DNA of 64,000 nucleotides from Escherichia coli (GTDB lineage Bacteria; Pseudomonadota; Gammaproteobacteria; Enterobacterales; Enterobacteriaceae): NCBI RefSeq assembly GCF_041248615.1, contig NZ_CP158426.1; one strand, 5' to 3'. Shown piece by piece: positions 38,596 to 49,823 of this stretch (position 1 is its first letter; each line of letters starts with the position of its first letter). The notes under the pieces were generated by a model. It saw only the letters and a program-made list of their open reading frames with translations, ran no database searches and was not told where the DNA came from. The position numbers and the translations under genes were made by a program.

Positions 38596-39714
38596 ATGCA
38601 TAACCAGGCTCCAATTCAACGTAGAAAATCAACACGTATTTACGTTGGGAATGTGCCGATTGGCGATGGTGCTCCCATCGCCGTACAGTCCATGACCAAT
38701 ACGCGTACGACAGACGTCGAAGCAACGGTCAATCAAATCAAGGCGTTGGAACGTGTTGGCGCTGATATCGTCCGTGTCTCCGTACCGACGATGGACGCGG
38801 CAGAAGCGTTCAAACTCATCAAACAGCAGGTTAACGTGCCGCTGGTGGCTGACATCCATTTCGACTATCGCATTGCGCTGAAAGTAGCGGAATACGGCGT
38901 CGATTGTCTGCGTATTAACCCTGGCAATATCGGTAATGAAGAGCGTATTCGCATGGTGGTTGACTGTGCGCGCGATAAAAACATTCCGATCCGTATTGGC
39001 GTTAACGCTGGATCGCTGGAAAAAGATCTGCAAGAAAAGTATGGCGAACCGACGCCGCAGGCGTTGCTGGAATCCGCCATGCGTCATGTTGATCATCTCG
39101 ATCGCCTGAACTTCGATCAGTTCAAAGTCAGCGTGAAAGCGTCAGACGTCTTCCTCGCTGTTGAGTCTTATCGTTTGCTGGCAAAACAGATCGATCAGCC
39201 GCTGCATCTGGGGATCACCGAAGCGGGTGGTGCGCGCAGCGGGGCGGTTAAATCCGCCATTGGTTTAGGTCTGCTGCTGTCTGAAGGCATCGGCGACACG
39301 CTGCGCGTATCGCTGGCGGCCGATCCGGTTGAAGAGATCAAAGTCGGTTTCGATATTTTGAAATCGCTGCGTATCCGTTCGCGAGGGATCAACTTCATCG
39401 CCTGCCCGACCTGTTCGCGTCAGGAATTTGATGTTATCGGTACGGTTAACGCGCTGGAGCAACGCCTGGAAGATATCATCACTCCAATGGACGTTTCGAT
39501 TATCGGCTGCGTGGTGAATGGCCCAGGTGAGGCGCTGGTTTCTACACTCGGCGTCACCGGCGGCAACAAGAAAAGCGGCCTCTATGAAGATGGCGTGCGC
39601 AAAGACCGTCTGGACAACAACGATATGATCGACCAGCTGGAAGCACGCATTCGTGCGAAAGCCAGTCAGCTGGACGAAGCGCGTCGAATTGACGTTCAGC
39701 AGGTTGAAAAATAA
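38596..39714 (+). CDS. ispG: 4-hydroxy-3-methylbut-2-en-1-yl diphosphate synthase
   Basis: 372 aa with C-terminal Fe-S Cys motifs ([17 protein letters not shown]). Confidence 0.95.
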
Positions 39715-39824
39715 TAACGTGATGGGAAGCGCCTCGCTTCCCGTGTATGATTGAACCCGCATGGCTCCCGAAACATTGAGGGAAGCGTTGAGGGTTCATT
39801 TTTATATTCAGAAAGAGAATAAAC

Positions 39825-41099
39825 GTGGCAAAAAACATTCAAGCCATTCGCGGCATGAACGATTACCTGCCTGGCGAAACGGCCATCTGGCAGCGCATTG
39901 AAGGCACACTGAAAAACGTGCTCGGCAGCTACGGTTACAGTGAAATCCGCTTGCCGATTGTAGAGCAGACCCCGCTATTCAAACGTGCGATTGGTGAAGT
40001 CACCGACGTGGTTGAAAAAGAGATGTACACCTTTGAGGATCGCAATGGCGACAGCCTGACTCTGCGCCCTGAAGGGACGGCGGGCTGTGTACGCGCCGGC
40101 ATCGAGCATGGTCTTCTGTACAATCAGGAACAGCGTCTGTGGTATATCGGGCCGATGTTCCGTCACGAGCGTCCGCAGAAAGGACGTTATCGTCAGTTCC
40201 ATCAGTTGGGCTGCGAAGTTTTCGGTCTGCAAGGTCCGGATATCGACGCTGAACTGATTATGCTCACTGCCCGCTGGTGGCGCGCGCTGGGTATTTCCGA
40301 GCACGTAACACTTGAGCTGAACTCTATCGGTTCGCTGGAAGCTCGTGCGAATTACCGCGATGCGCTGGTGGCATTCCTTGAGCAGCATAAAGAAAAGCTG
40401 GACGAAGACTGCAAACGCCGCATGTACACTAACCCGCTGCGCGTGCTGGATTCCAAAAATCCGGAAGTGCAGGCGCTTCTCAACGATGCTCCGGCATTAG
40501 GCGATTATCTGGACGAGGAATCTCGTGAGCATTTTGCCGGTCTGTGCAAACTGCTTGAGAGCGCGGGGATCGCTTACACCGTAAACCAGCGTCTGGTGCG
40601 TGGTCTGGATTACTATAACCGTACCGTTTTCGAGTGGGTGACTAACAGCCTCGGCTCTCAAGGCACCGTGTGTGCAGGCGGTCGTTATGACGGTCTGGTG
40701 GAACAACTGGGCGGTCGTGCAACACCGGCTGTCGGTTTTGCGATGGGCCTCGAACGTCTTGTATTGTTAGTACAGGCCGTTAATCCGGAATTTAAAGCCG
40801 ATCCTGTTGTCGATATATACCTGGTGGCTTCAGGTGCTGATACACAATCTGCGGCTATGGCATTAGCAGAGCGTCTGCGTGATGAATTACCGGGCGTGAA
40901 ACTGATGACCAACCACGGCGGCGGCAACTTTAAGAAACAGTTTGCCCGTGCTGATAAATGGGGTGCCCGCGTTGCTGTGGTGCTGGGTGAGTCTGAAGTG
41001 GCTAACGGCACAGCAGTAGTGAAGGATTTGCGCTCTGGTGAGCAAACGGCAGTCGCGCAGGATAGCGTAGCCGCGCATTTGCGCACGTTACTGGGTTAA
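39825..41099 (+). CDS. hisS: Histidine--tRNA ligase
   Basis: 424 aa with class II aminoacyl-tRNA synthetase motifs ([22 protein letters not shown]). Confidence 0.95.
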
Positions 41100-41116
41100 G
41101 GAAGGAGAAGGACAGC

Positions 41117-41737
41117 GTGGAAATTTACGAGAACGAAAACGACCAGGTTGAAGCGGTTAAACGCTTTTTTGCTGAAAATGGCAAAGCACTGGCTGTTGGG
41201 GTGATTTTGGGCGTTGGTGCACTGATTGGCTGGCGCTACTGGAACAGCCATCAGGTTGATTCTGCACGCTCCGCTTCTCTTGCCTATCAAAATGCGGTTA
41301 CCGCAGTGAGCGAAGGCAAACCGGATAGCATTCCGGCGGCGGAAAAATTTGCTGCTGAAAATAAAAATACTTATGGTGCGCTGGCTTCTTTGGAACTTGC
41401 GCAGCAATTTGTTGACAAAAATGAACTAGAGAAAGCTGCCGCCCAGTTACAACAGGGGCTGGCAGACACGAGCGATGAAAATCTCAAAGCCGTGATAAAT
41501 CTGCGTCTTGCTCGCGTTCAGGTTCAGCTCAAGCAGGCTGATGCCGCGCTGAAAACCCTTGATACCATCAAAGGTGAAGGGTGGGCTGCCATTGTTGCCG
41601 ACCTGCGTGGTGAAGCATTGCTGAGCAAAGGTGATAAGCAAGGTGCGCGTAGTGCATGGGAAGCAGGCGTGAAAAGCGATGTTACCCCGGCACTGAGCGA
41701 AATGATGCAGATGAAAATTAATAATTTGTCCATCTGA
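41117..41737 (+). CDS. yfgM: Membrane-anchored TPR protein YfgM
   Basis: 206 aa with an N-terminal TM segment and TPR-like region; sits between hisS and bamB. Confidence 0.85.
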   Translation: MEIYENENDQVEAVKRFFAENGKALAVGVILGVGALIGWRYWNSHQVDSARSASLAYQNAVTAVSEGKPDSIPAAEKFAAENKNTYGALASLELAQQFVDKNELEKAAAQLQQGLADTSDENLKAVINLRLARVQVQLKQADAALKTLDTIKGEGWAAIVADLRGEALLSKGDKQGARSAWEAGVKSDVTPALSEMMQMKINNLSI

Positions 41738-41747
41738 GAGGGACCCG

Positions 41748-42926
41748 ATGCAATTGCGTAAATTACTGCTGCCAGGACTGCTTTCCGTTACCCTTTTAAG
41801 CGGCTGTTCGCTGTTTAACAGCGAAGAAGATGTGGTAAAGATGTCCCCATTGCCAACCGTTGAAAACCAGTTTACGCCGACCACGGCGTGGAGCACTTCC
41901 GTTGGTAGCGGCATTGGCAACTTCTATTCCAATCTTCATCCGGCACTGGCGGACAACGTTGTCTATGCAGCGGACCGCGCTGGTTTAGTAAAAGCGCTGA
42001 ATGCGGATGATGGCAAAGAAATCTGGTCTGTCAGCCTGGCCGAGAAAGATGGCTGGTTCTCTAAAGAGCCTGCATTACTTTCTGGCGGCGTGACCGTGTC
42101 TGGCGGGCATGTCTACATTGGCAGTGAAAAGGCGCAGGTTTACGCGCTGAATACCAGCGATGGTACTGTGGCATGGCAAACTAAAGTCGCGGGTGAAGCT
42201 CTTTCTCGCCCGGTGGTCAGCGACGGTCTGGTGTTAATCCACACCAGTAACGGTCAGTTACAAGCGCTGAACGAAGCTGACGGCGCTGTCAAATGGACAG
42301 TTAACCTCGATATGCCTTCGCTCTCTTTGCGTGGCGAGTCTGCGCCAGCAACGGCTTTTGGTGCGGCTGTCGTGGGTGGCGATAATGGTCGCGTCAGCGC
42401 AGTGCTGATGGAACAGGGCCAGATGATTTGGCAGCAGCGTATTTCCCAGGCGACCGGTTCTACCGAAATTGACCGTCTGAGCGATGTTGACACGACTCCC
42501 GTCGTTGTTAACGGCGTTGTTTTCGCGCTGGCCTATAATGGTAACCTGACGGCGCTTGATCTGCGCAGTGGTCAGATTATGTGGAAACGCGAACTGGGTT
42601 CGGTGAATGATTTCATCGTCGACGGCAATCGCATCTATCTGGTCGATCAAAATGACCGGGTGATGGCGTTGACCATTGATGGCGGCGTTACGCTGTGGAC
42701 ACAAAGCGATCTGTTGCATCGCCTGCTGACTTCTCCGGTGCTGTATAATGGCAACCTGGTGGTAGGTGACAGTGAAGGTTATCTGCACTGGATTAACGTC
42801 GAAGATGGTCGTTTCGTTGCCCAGCAAAAAGTTGATAGTTCCGGTTTCCAGACTGAACCGGTTGCCGCTGACGGCAAACTGCTGATCCAGGCAAAAGACG
42901 GAACCGTGTACTCTATTACACGTTAA
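41748..42926 (+). CDS. bamB: Outer membrane protein assembly factor BamB (lipoprotein, PQQ beta-propeller)
   Basis: 392 aa with lipobox LSGC and repeated propeller blades. Confidence 0.9.
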   Translation: MQLRKLLLPGLLSVTLLSGCSLFNSEEDVVKMSPLPTVENQFTPTTAWSTSVGSGIGNFYSNLHPALADNVVYAADRAGLVKALNADDGKEIWSVSLAEKDGWFSKEPALLSGGVTVSGGHVYIGSEKAQVYALNTSDGTVAWQTKVAGEALSRPVVSDGLVLIHTSNGQLQALNEADGAVKWTVNLDMPSLSLRGESAPATAFGAAVVGGDNGRVSAVLMEQGQMIWQQRISQATGSTEIDRLSDVDTTPVVVNGVVFALAYNGNLTALDLRSGQIMWKRELGSVNDFIVDGNRIYLVDQNDRVMALTIDGGVTLWTQSDLLHRLLTSPVLYNGNLVVGDSEGYLHWINVEDGRFVAQQKVDSSGFQTEPVAADGKLLIQAKDGTVYSITR

Positions 42927-43043
42927 TCGTCTCTGTCGTTCACTTTGAAAACGGCTCCTGGACAGGGGCCGTTTTCCTGTTTTTAACAACGACACGAATA
43001 TAGCGTGCGTTGTCTGATGATTTATAAAAATGAGGCTTTAAAC

Positions 43044-44516
43044 ATGGTACCTGTGGTCGCGCTTGTCGGGCGCCCTAACGTAGGAAAATCCACGTTATTT
43101 AACCGTCTAACTCGCACCCGAGATGCGTTGGTTGCGGATTTCCCGGGTCTGACTCGTGACCGTAAGTACGGTCGTGCGGAAATTGAAGGCCGTGAGTTTA
43201 TCTGTATTGATACCGGCGGGATTGATGGCACAGAAGACGGTGTAGAAACCCGCATGGCGGAACAGTCGCTGCTGGCGATTGAAGAAGCGGACGTCGTACT
43301 GTTTATGGTGGATGCGCGCGCGGGCCTGATGCCGGCAGATGAAGCGATTGCCAAACATCTGCGCTCCCGTGAAAAACCGACCTTCCTGGTGGCAAACAAA
43401 ACTGACGGTCTGGATCCCGATCAGGCAGTGGTTGATTTCTACTCGCTTGGTTTAGGGGAAATCTACCCGATCGCCGCGTCTCACGGTCGTGGCGTATTAA
43501 GTCTGCTGGAGCACGTGCTGCTGCCGTGGATGGAAGATCTCGCACCGCAAGAAGAAGTCGACGAAGACGCCGAATACTGGGCGCAATTTGAAGCAGAAGA
43601 AAACGGCGAAGAAGAAGAGGAAGATGACTTCGACCCGCAAAGTCTGCCAATCAAACTGGCGATTGTGGGTCGTCCGAACGTAGGTAAGTCTACACTCACT
43701 AACCGTATTCTTGGTGAAGAGCGCGTTGTTGTTTATGACATGCCTGGTACGACGCGTGACAGTATCTACATTCCAATGGAACGCGATGGACGTGAGTATG
43801 TGCTCATTGACACCGCTGGCGTACGTAAACGCGGCAAAATCACCGATGCTGTAGAGAAATTCTCGGTAATCAAAACGTTGCAGGCCATTGAAGATGCCAA
43901 CGTGGTGATGTTAGTGATTGATGCGCGCGAAGGTATTTCCGATCAGGATCTCTCCCTGCTGGGCTTTATTCTCAATAGTGGGCGCTCACTTGTCATTGTG
44001 GTGAATAAGTGGGATGGCCTGAGCCAGGAAGTGAAAGAGCAGGTGAAAGAAACGCTGGACTTCCGTCTGGGCTTTATCGATTTTGCTCGTGTGCATTTTA
44101 TCTCAGCCTTGCACGGCAGTGGTGTTGGTAATCTGTTTGAATCAGTACGTGAAGCGTATGACAGCTCCACCCGTCGTGTGGGGACCTCTATGCTGACGCG
44201 CATCATGACGATGGCTGTTGAAGATCACCAACCGCCGTTGGTACGCGGTCGTCGTGTGAAGCTGAAATATGCCCACGCTGGTGGTTATAACCCGCCGATT
44301 GTGGTGATTCACGGTAACCAGGTGAAAGACCTGCCTGATTCCTACAAGCGTTACTTGATGAACTACTTCCGCAAATCGCTGGACGTAATGGGATCGCCGA
44401 TTCGTATTCAGTTCAAAGAAGGGGAAAACCCGTATGCGAACAAGCGTAATACCCTGACGCCAACCCAGATGCGCAAGCGTAAGCGCCTGATGAAGCATAT
44501 CAAGAAAAGTAAGTAA
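43044..44516 (+). CDS. der: Ribosome-associated GTPase Der/EngA (tandem GTPase domains)
   Basis: 490 aa from [17 protein letters not shown]; second G-domain [13 protein letters not shown]; basic C-terminal tail. Confidence 0.9.
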   Translation: MVPVVALVGRPNVGKSTLFNRLTRTRDALVADFPGLTRDRKYGRAEIEGREFICIDTGGIDGTEDGVETRMAEQSLLAIEEADVVLFMVDARAGLMPADEAIAKHLRSREKPTFLVANKTDGLDPDQAVVDFYSLGLGEIYPIAASHGRGVLSLLEHVLLPWMEDLAPQEEVDEDAEYWAQFEAEENGEEEEEDDFDPQSLPIKLAIVGRPNVGKSTLTNRILGEERVVVYDMPGTTRDSIYIPMERDGREYVLIDTAGVRKRGKITDAVEKFSVIKTLQAIEDANVVMLVIDAREGISDQDLSLLGFILNSGRSLVIVVNKWDGLSQEVKEQVKETLDFRLGFIDFARVHFISALHGSGVGNLFESVREAYDSSTRRVGTSMLTRIMTMAVEDHQPPLVRGRRVKLKYAHAGGYNPPIVVIHGNQVKDLPDSYKRYLMNYFRKSLDVMGSPIRIQFKEGENPYANKRNTLTPTQMRKRKRLMKHIKKSK

Positions 44517-44578
44517 TCACTTATCTGGTTTCCCTTTCCACACGGAGAGGGAAACCGAATAACACGCGAGGAGTATTT

Positions 44579-44794
44579 ATGGCACTCAACTGTCCAACCT
44601 GCAAAACCCCTCTCGAACGCAATGGCGAGACTGCCCACTGTGCAACTTGCGACAAAGACTTTACCGTCCAGGCACTTTGCCCTGAGTGTCATCAGCCGTT
44701 ACAAGTGTTAAAAGCTTGTGGTGCTGTGGACTATTTTTGCCAACATGGGCACGGTTTAATATCTAAAAAACGCGTTGAATTTGTTATTGCTTAA
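44579..44794 (+). CDS. yfgJ: Zinc-ribbon protein YfgJ
   Basis: 71 aa with paired CxxC motifs (CPTCKT, CATCDK, CPECHQ). Confidence 0.75.
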   Translation: MALNCPTCKTPLERNGETAHCATCDKDFTVQALCPECHQPLQVLKACGAVDYFCQHGHGLISKKRVEFVIA

Positions 44795-45003
44795 TATCAT
44801 GTGAATATATTGTTTTATCATTTATATTTAATATGTGAATGGTAAAACAATCTGTTATTAGTGGAATAACTAATGTAATTGAGTGAAATCACTAATTTAA
44901 ATAATTAAGAATATATTTATTCTTTATGACATGCCTTTCTGAATAATCAGGGATACAATATTAAAGCTTATTTTTGACTGTATCATTGTCACAGGGAAAG
45001 TGC

Positions 45004-46237
45004 ATGCTGCGATGGAAACGCTGTATTATTCTAACATTTATCTCTGGTGCTGCTTTCGCGGCACCAGAGATAAATGTTAAGCAAAACGAATCGTTACCTG
45101 ATTTAGGTAGCCAGGCAGCACAGCGGGATGAACAAACCAACAAGGGTAAATCGCTGAAAGAGCGCGGAGCCGATTACGTCATCAACTCCGCCACGCAAGG
45201 GTTTGAAAACTTGACCCCTGAGGCGCTGGAATCTCAGGCCAGAAGCTATCTGCAAAGTCAAATCATCTCAACCGCACAATCTTATATTGAAGACACTCTC
45301 TCTCCCTACGGTAAGGTCCGTTCGAACCTCTCCATTGGCCAGGGCGGCGATCTGGATGGCAGTTCCATCGATTATTTTGTTCCCTGGTACGATAATCAAA
45401 CCACTGTTTATTTCAGTCAATTTTCTGCGCAACGAAAAGAAGATCGTACAATCGGGAATATTGGTCTTGGGGTAAGACATAATTTTAATGAATGGTTATT
45501 GGGTGGAAATGTATTTTATGATTATGATTTTACCCGAGGACATCGCCGTTTAGGTTTAGGCGGCGAAGCGTGGACTGATTATTTAAAATTCTCTGGCAAC
45601 TATTATCATCCGCTTTCTGACTGGAAAGACTCTGAAGATTTCGGCTTTTATGAAGAACGCCCTGCGCGCGGCTGGGATATTCGTGCCGAAGCCTGGTTAC
45701 CTTCTTATCCGCAACTGGGGGGCAAAGTTGTCTTCGAGCAATATTACGGCGATGAAGTCGCCCTTTTTGGTACGGATAATTTGGAGAAAGATCCCTACGC
45801 GGTAACACTTGGACTGAATTATCAACCGGTGCCATTACTAACCGTTGGGGCGGACTATAAAGCGGGGACCGGAGATAACAGCGATGTCAGCATTAATGCC
45901 ACTCTTAATTATCAGTTCGGCGTTCCGCTAAAAGATCAATTGGATAGCGATAAAGTGAAAGCGGCTCACTCGTTGATGGGCAGTCGTCATGATTTTGTTG
46001 AGCGTAATAACTTTATTGTTCTGGAATACAAAGAAAAAGATCCGCTTGATGTCACCCTGTGGTTAAAAGCGGATGCCACCAACGAGCACCCTGAGTGCGT
46101 CATTAAGGACACTCCCGAAGCGGCCGTCGGGCTGGAAAAATGTAAATGGACCATTAACGCGCTTATCAACCACCACTACAAAATTGTCGCTGCGTCATGG
46201 CAGGCGAAAAACAATGCTGCCCGCACGCTGGTTATGC
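45004..46237 (+). pseudogene. sinH: SinH/SivH-like inverse autotransporter (intimin/invasin family), 5' fragment with signal peptide and beta-barrel region; truncated by IS21 insertion
   Basis: Signal peptide MLRWKRCIILTFISGAAFA followed by a beta-strand-rich region. The native reading frame ends at the IS left end (46238); the tracked ORF tail GDHSITSIEIG is IS-encoded. Locus yfgJ-xseA matches the Salmonella CS54 sinH context. Confidence 0.6.
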
Positions 46238-46430
46238 TGCGTATTTTCATGAAAGGAGATCACTCAATAACTTCCATCGAGATCGGGTAATAACATTTGA
46301 ACAGATCGCTGAATAACATCGATGGAGATCACTTTTGACTCATTTTGTTATTCAGTGATCTCCATCAATGTTATTGGAACTTCACAGGTGTGTTGATCTG
46401 TATCTTTTGCCATTCCGGTAAAGGATACCT

Positions 46431-47972
46431 ATGCCAACAGTTCCAATTTCTATGAGAAAACTTAAAGAAATTCTTAGGCTTAAATACGGTGTTGGACTCA
46501 GCCATCGACAAATTGGTCGTAGTCTTGCAATCTCCCCTTCCGTTGTATCCAGATATGCTAATCGGGCGGCTCAACTTGGCATAAAGCAGTGGCCCTTACC
46601 TACAGGATGGGATGATACAAAACTAAAACATGCGTTCCTTCAGACCCAGGTTAAGATGAAGAAGCACTCTCTGCCTGACTGGGCTACAGTACACCGGGAA
46701 CTGCGTAATAAATGCGTGACGCTGCAGCTACTCTGGGAAGAATACTGTGAGCGTAATCCAGGCGGTTTTTACAGCTATAACCATTACTGCCGGATGTACC
46801 GTGAATGGCTCAAAACCACTTCACCATCAATGCGTCAGGTACATAAAGCTGGCGAAAAACTTTTCGTTGATTACTGTGGACCTACCGTTGGCGTTACCGA
46901 CCCTGAGACCGGAGAAATAAGAACTGCTCAGGTCATCGTAGCTGTTCTCGGGGCATCAAGTTACACATGGGCAGAGGCCACCTGGTCTCAGCAGCTTGAA
47001 GACTGGGTGATGAGTCATGTTCGCTGCTTCCAGTGGTTGGGTGGCGTTCCTGAACTTGTTGTTCCGGACAATCTGAAAAGCGCCACATCCAGGGCATGTA
47101 AGTATGATCCTGACGTTAACCCTACCTACCAGCAGATGCTTGAGCATTATAATGTCGCAGTTTTGCCTGCGCGGCCACGTAAACCGAAAGATAAAGCCAA
47201 AGCTGAAGTTGGCGTTCAGGTTGTTGAACGCTGGATCATGGCCCGAATCAGGCATGAGATCTTCTACAGCCTTGCATCGCTTAATCAGCGCATTCGGGAG
47301 TTGCTGGAAAGACTGAATAACAAAATAATGCAGAAGTTGGGTTATTCACGTGCAGAACTCTTCATCCAGCTTGATAAACCCGCACTGAAGCCTCTTCCTG
47401 AAGCCAGTTACAGTTACACCCTGGTGAAGAAAGTCAGAGTTCATGCCGATTACCACGTGGAAATCGACAAACATTACTACTCGGTTCCATGTTCGCTGTT
47501 AGGCCAGCAACTGGAAGCATGGATCTCCGGAGAACTGGTAAGACTCTTCAATCAGGGGCAGGAGGTTGCTGTGCACCCGCGCAAGCGTACTTATGGCTAC
47601 AGTACCCGCAACGAGCACATGCCTGAAGCTCATCGACAGCATGCCACCTGGACGCCAGAGCGTCTTCTGGAATGGGCGGGGCACATAGGCAGTGAAACTC
47701 ATAGTTATGTGCTTCATATACTGAACTCTCGTCCACATCCGGAACAAAGCTATCGCTTCTGCCTTGGACTCCTGAACCTTCATAAAAAATACAGTAAAGC
47801 CAGACTTAATGCAGCATGTGCAAGAGCTCTGAAAACAAAGGTATGGCGTCTGTCAGGTATTAAATCGATCCTGGAAAAAGGTCTGGATAAACAACCTGTT
47901 CAGGATCCAAAACCAGATCTGTTATCCACGATGGAACACGAAAACGTACGCGGCAGTGAGTATTACCACTGA
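46431..47972 (+). CDS. istA: IS21-family transposase IstA
   Basis: 513 aa with N-terminal helix-turn-helix (LSHRQIGRSLAISPSVVSRY) and DDE core; immediately followed by istB. Confidence 0.85.
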   Translation: MPTVPISMRKLKEILRLKYGVGLSHRQIGRSLAISPSVVSRYANRAAQLGIKQWPLPTGWDDTKLKHAFLQTQVKMKKHSLPDWATVHRELRNKCVTLQLLWEEYCERNPGGFYSYNHYCRMYREWLKTTSPSMRQVHKAGEKLFVDYCGPTVGVTDPETGEIRTAQVIVAVLGASSYTWAEATWSQQLEDWVMSHVRCFQWLGGVPELVVPDNLKSATSRACKYDPDVNPTYQQMLEHYNVAVLPARPRKPKDKAKAEVGVQVVERWIMARIRHEIFYSLASLNQRIRELLERLNNKIMQKLGYSRAELFIQLDKPALKPLPEASYSYTLVKKVRVHADYHVEIDKHYYSVPCSLLGQQLEAWISGELVRLFNQGQEVAVHPRKRTYGYSTRNEHMPEAHRQHATWTPERLLEWAGHIGSETHSYVLHILNSRPHPEQSYRFCLGLLNLHKKYSKARLNAACARALKTKVWRLSGIKSILEKGLDKQPVQDPKPDLLSTMEHENVRGSEYYH

Positions 47973-47983
47973 TACGGGATCCA

Positions 47984-48733
47984 ATGATGAATCATCTTTA
48001 CGAACAACTGACCGCACTTAAACTCACCGGCTTCCGTGATGCGCTTAAAAAGCAACTTGCTCAGCCGGGCACATACCAGGAGCTGGGCTTCGAAGAACGC
48101 CTGTCATTACTGACAGCAGAAGAACTAACCTGCCGTGAAAACAGGAAGGCAGAGCGTCTGATCAAACATGCACGGTTCAGACTTAATGCTGAGTTATCAA
48201 AGCTGGATTATCGTAACAATAGAGGGCTGGACAGGGCCCTCATCCGTTCACTCAGTCAGGGAAACTGGTTAACCCTGAAACAAAATATTTTACTGACCGG
48301 GGCCACCGGCAGCGGTAAAACGTTCCTGGCATGTGCACTTGGTCATAATGCCTGCCGACAGGGATACAAGGTCTACTATTATCGCCTTAAAGCGCTGATG
48401 GAACAGTGCTATCAGGGGCATGCTGATGGAAGATACAGCAAACTTTTGACCAGGCTGAATAATAGCGATCTGCTGCTTCTGGATGACTGGGGGCTGGAAC
48501 CTCTCTCATCAGAACAGCGTAGCGACCTGCTGGAAATAGTGGATCTGATGTACCAACGAGGCTCAATCATCGTAGTGAGCCAGTTGCCGGTGGAAAACTG
48601 GTACAAAATGATCGGAGACTCCACACATGCGGATGCCATCCTAGATCGACTGGTTCATGGCAGTATCAAGATCGAACTTAAAGGAGAATCAATGCGGAAA
48701 ATACAATCTCCGTTGACCGAAGGAGATCAGTGA
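47984..48733 (+). CDS. istB: IS21-family helper ATPase IstB
   Basis: 249 aa with Walker A GATGSGKT and Walker B LLLLDDWG. Confidence 0.85.
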   Translation: MMNHLYEQLTALKLTGFRDALKKQLAQPGTYQELGFEERLSLLTAEELTCRENRKAERLIKHARFRLNAELSKLDYRNNRGLDRALIRSLSQGNWLTLKQNILLTGATGSGKTFLACALGHNACRQGYKVYYYRLKALMEQCYQGHADGRYSKLLTRLNNSDLLLLDDWGLEPLSSEQRSDLLEIVDLMYQRGSIIVVSQLPVENWYKMIGDSTHADAILDRLVHGSIKIELKGESMRKIQSPLTEGDQ

Positions 48734-48825
48734 AGGTAATTTAAAAACGGTTCTGTGAAAGTGACACGAACCGATCTCCATCGATGTTACTCACCGATCT
48801 CCTTCACGGTAATACGCAGTTATGC

Positions 48826-49769
48826 CGGTTATCAAAGAGAATATCCTGACAGAGGGTAACAATAACCACTGGAACCTGGTGCTGCCCGCCTGGCAGTACA
48901 GCTCTGACAAAGCCGAACAAGAAAAACTCAATACCTGGCGAGTACGTCTGGCACTGAAAGATGAAAAGGGCAACCGACAGAACTCTGGTGTGGTGGAAAT
49001 CACCGTTCAGCAGGACCGTAAAATAGAGTTGATTGTTAATAACATCGCGAACGTGCCAGAAGAGAACAACCACAGCCACGAAGCCAGCGCTCAGGCAGAT
49101 GGCGTTGATGGTGTGGTGATGGATCTCGATGTAACCGACAGCTTTGGCGATAACACCGACCGCAATGGCGATGCGCTGCCGGAAGATAACCTCACGCCGC
49201 AGCTTTACGACGCGCAGGACAAACGAGTGACGTTAACCAACAAGCCTTGCTCGACCGACAACCCCTGCGTTTTTATCGCTAAACAAGATAAAGAAAAGGG
49301 CACTGTCACCCTCTCCAGTACCTTACCCGGCACCTATCGCTGGAAAGCAAAAGCTGCGCCCTACGACGACAGTAACTATGTGGATGTCACTTTCCTCGGG
49401 GCAGAAATTGGTGGGCTAAATGCATTTATCTATCGTGTGGGGGCAGCTAAACCCAGCAACCTGATAGGTAAAGATAAAGAACCGCTGCCGCTCAACAACA
49501 CTTATCGATTTGTTTTGTGGCGTGACAGCAATAAAGACGGTGTCTTCCAGCAGGTCGAAAAACTGACTGACGAAGAGATGGCGCAGTACGACTACAAGTG
49601 GGAATTTACCGGCAAGAGCATCAATGGTGAAGTGGGTGCACAGGCGAACACTTCCAATGAGGACATTGTGATTCCGGCCACTAACCGCGAAGCAGCGCAA
49701 ACCTATGGCGCACAAGCGGGAGATGGCTTGCAGGGATACGGTTTACGCGTGCTGTATACCAAAAAATAA
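48826..49769 (+). pseudogene. sinH: SinH-like inverse autotransporter, 3' fragment (passenger domain)
   Basis: Joining 45004-46237 to 48826 (removing the IS and one target-site copy) restores one continuous frame of about 725 codons (...AARTLVM-P-VIKENILTEG...). C-terminal region is Ig-like. Confidence 0.6.
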
Positions 49770-49823
49770 GATTGGCGTAAGGCCAGTCGGCCAGTCGCTG
49801 AAGGTTCATTAAGGAGAGCATCA

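Larger units (their letters stand above)
46238..48818. mobile_element. IS21-family insertion sequence (istA and istB)
   Basis: 2581 bp with imperfect terminal inverted repeats starting TGCGTATT...GGAGATC at both ends. Flanked by 7-bp direct repeat GTTATGC (46231-46237 and 48819-48825). Confidence 0.75.

Noticed and set aside
46238..46290. C-terminal tail (...MKGDHSITSIEIG) of the tracked 438-aa ORF
   Set aside because: It is encoded by the left inverted repeat of the IS21-family element, so it is read-through into the insertion rather than native protein sequence.
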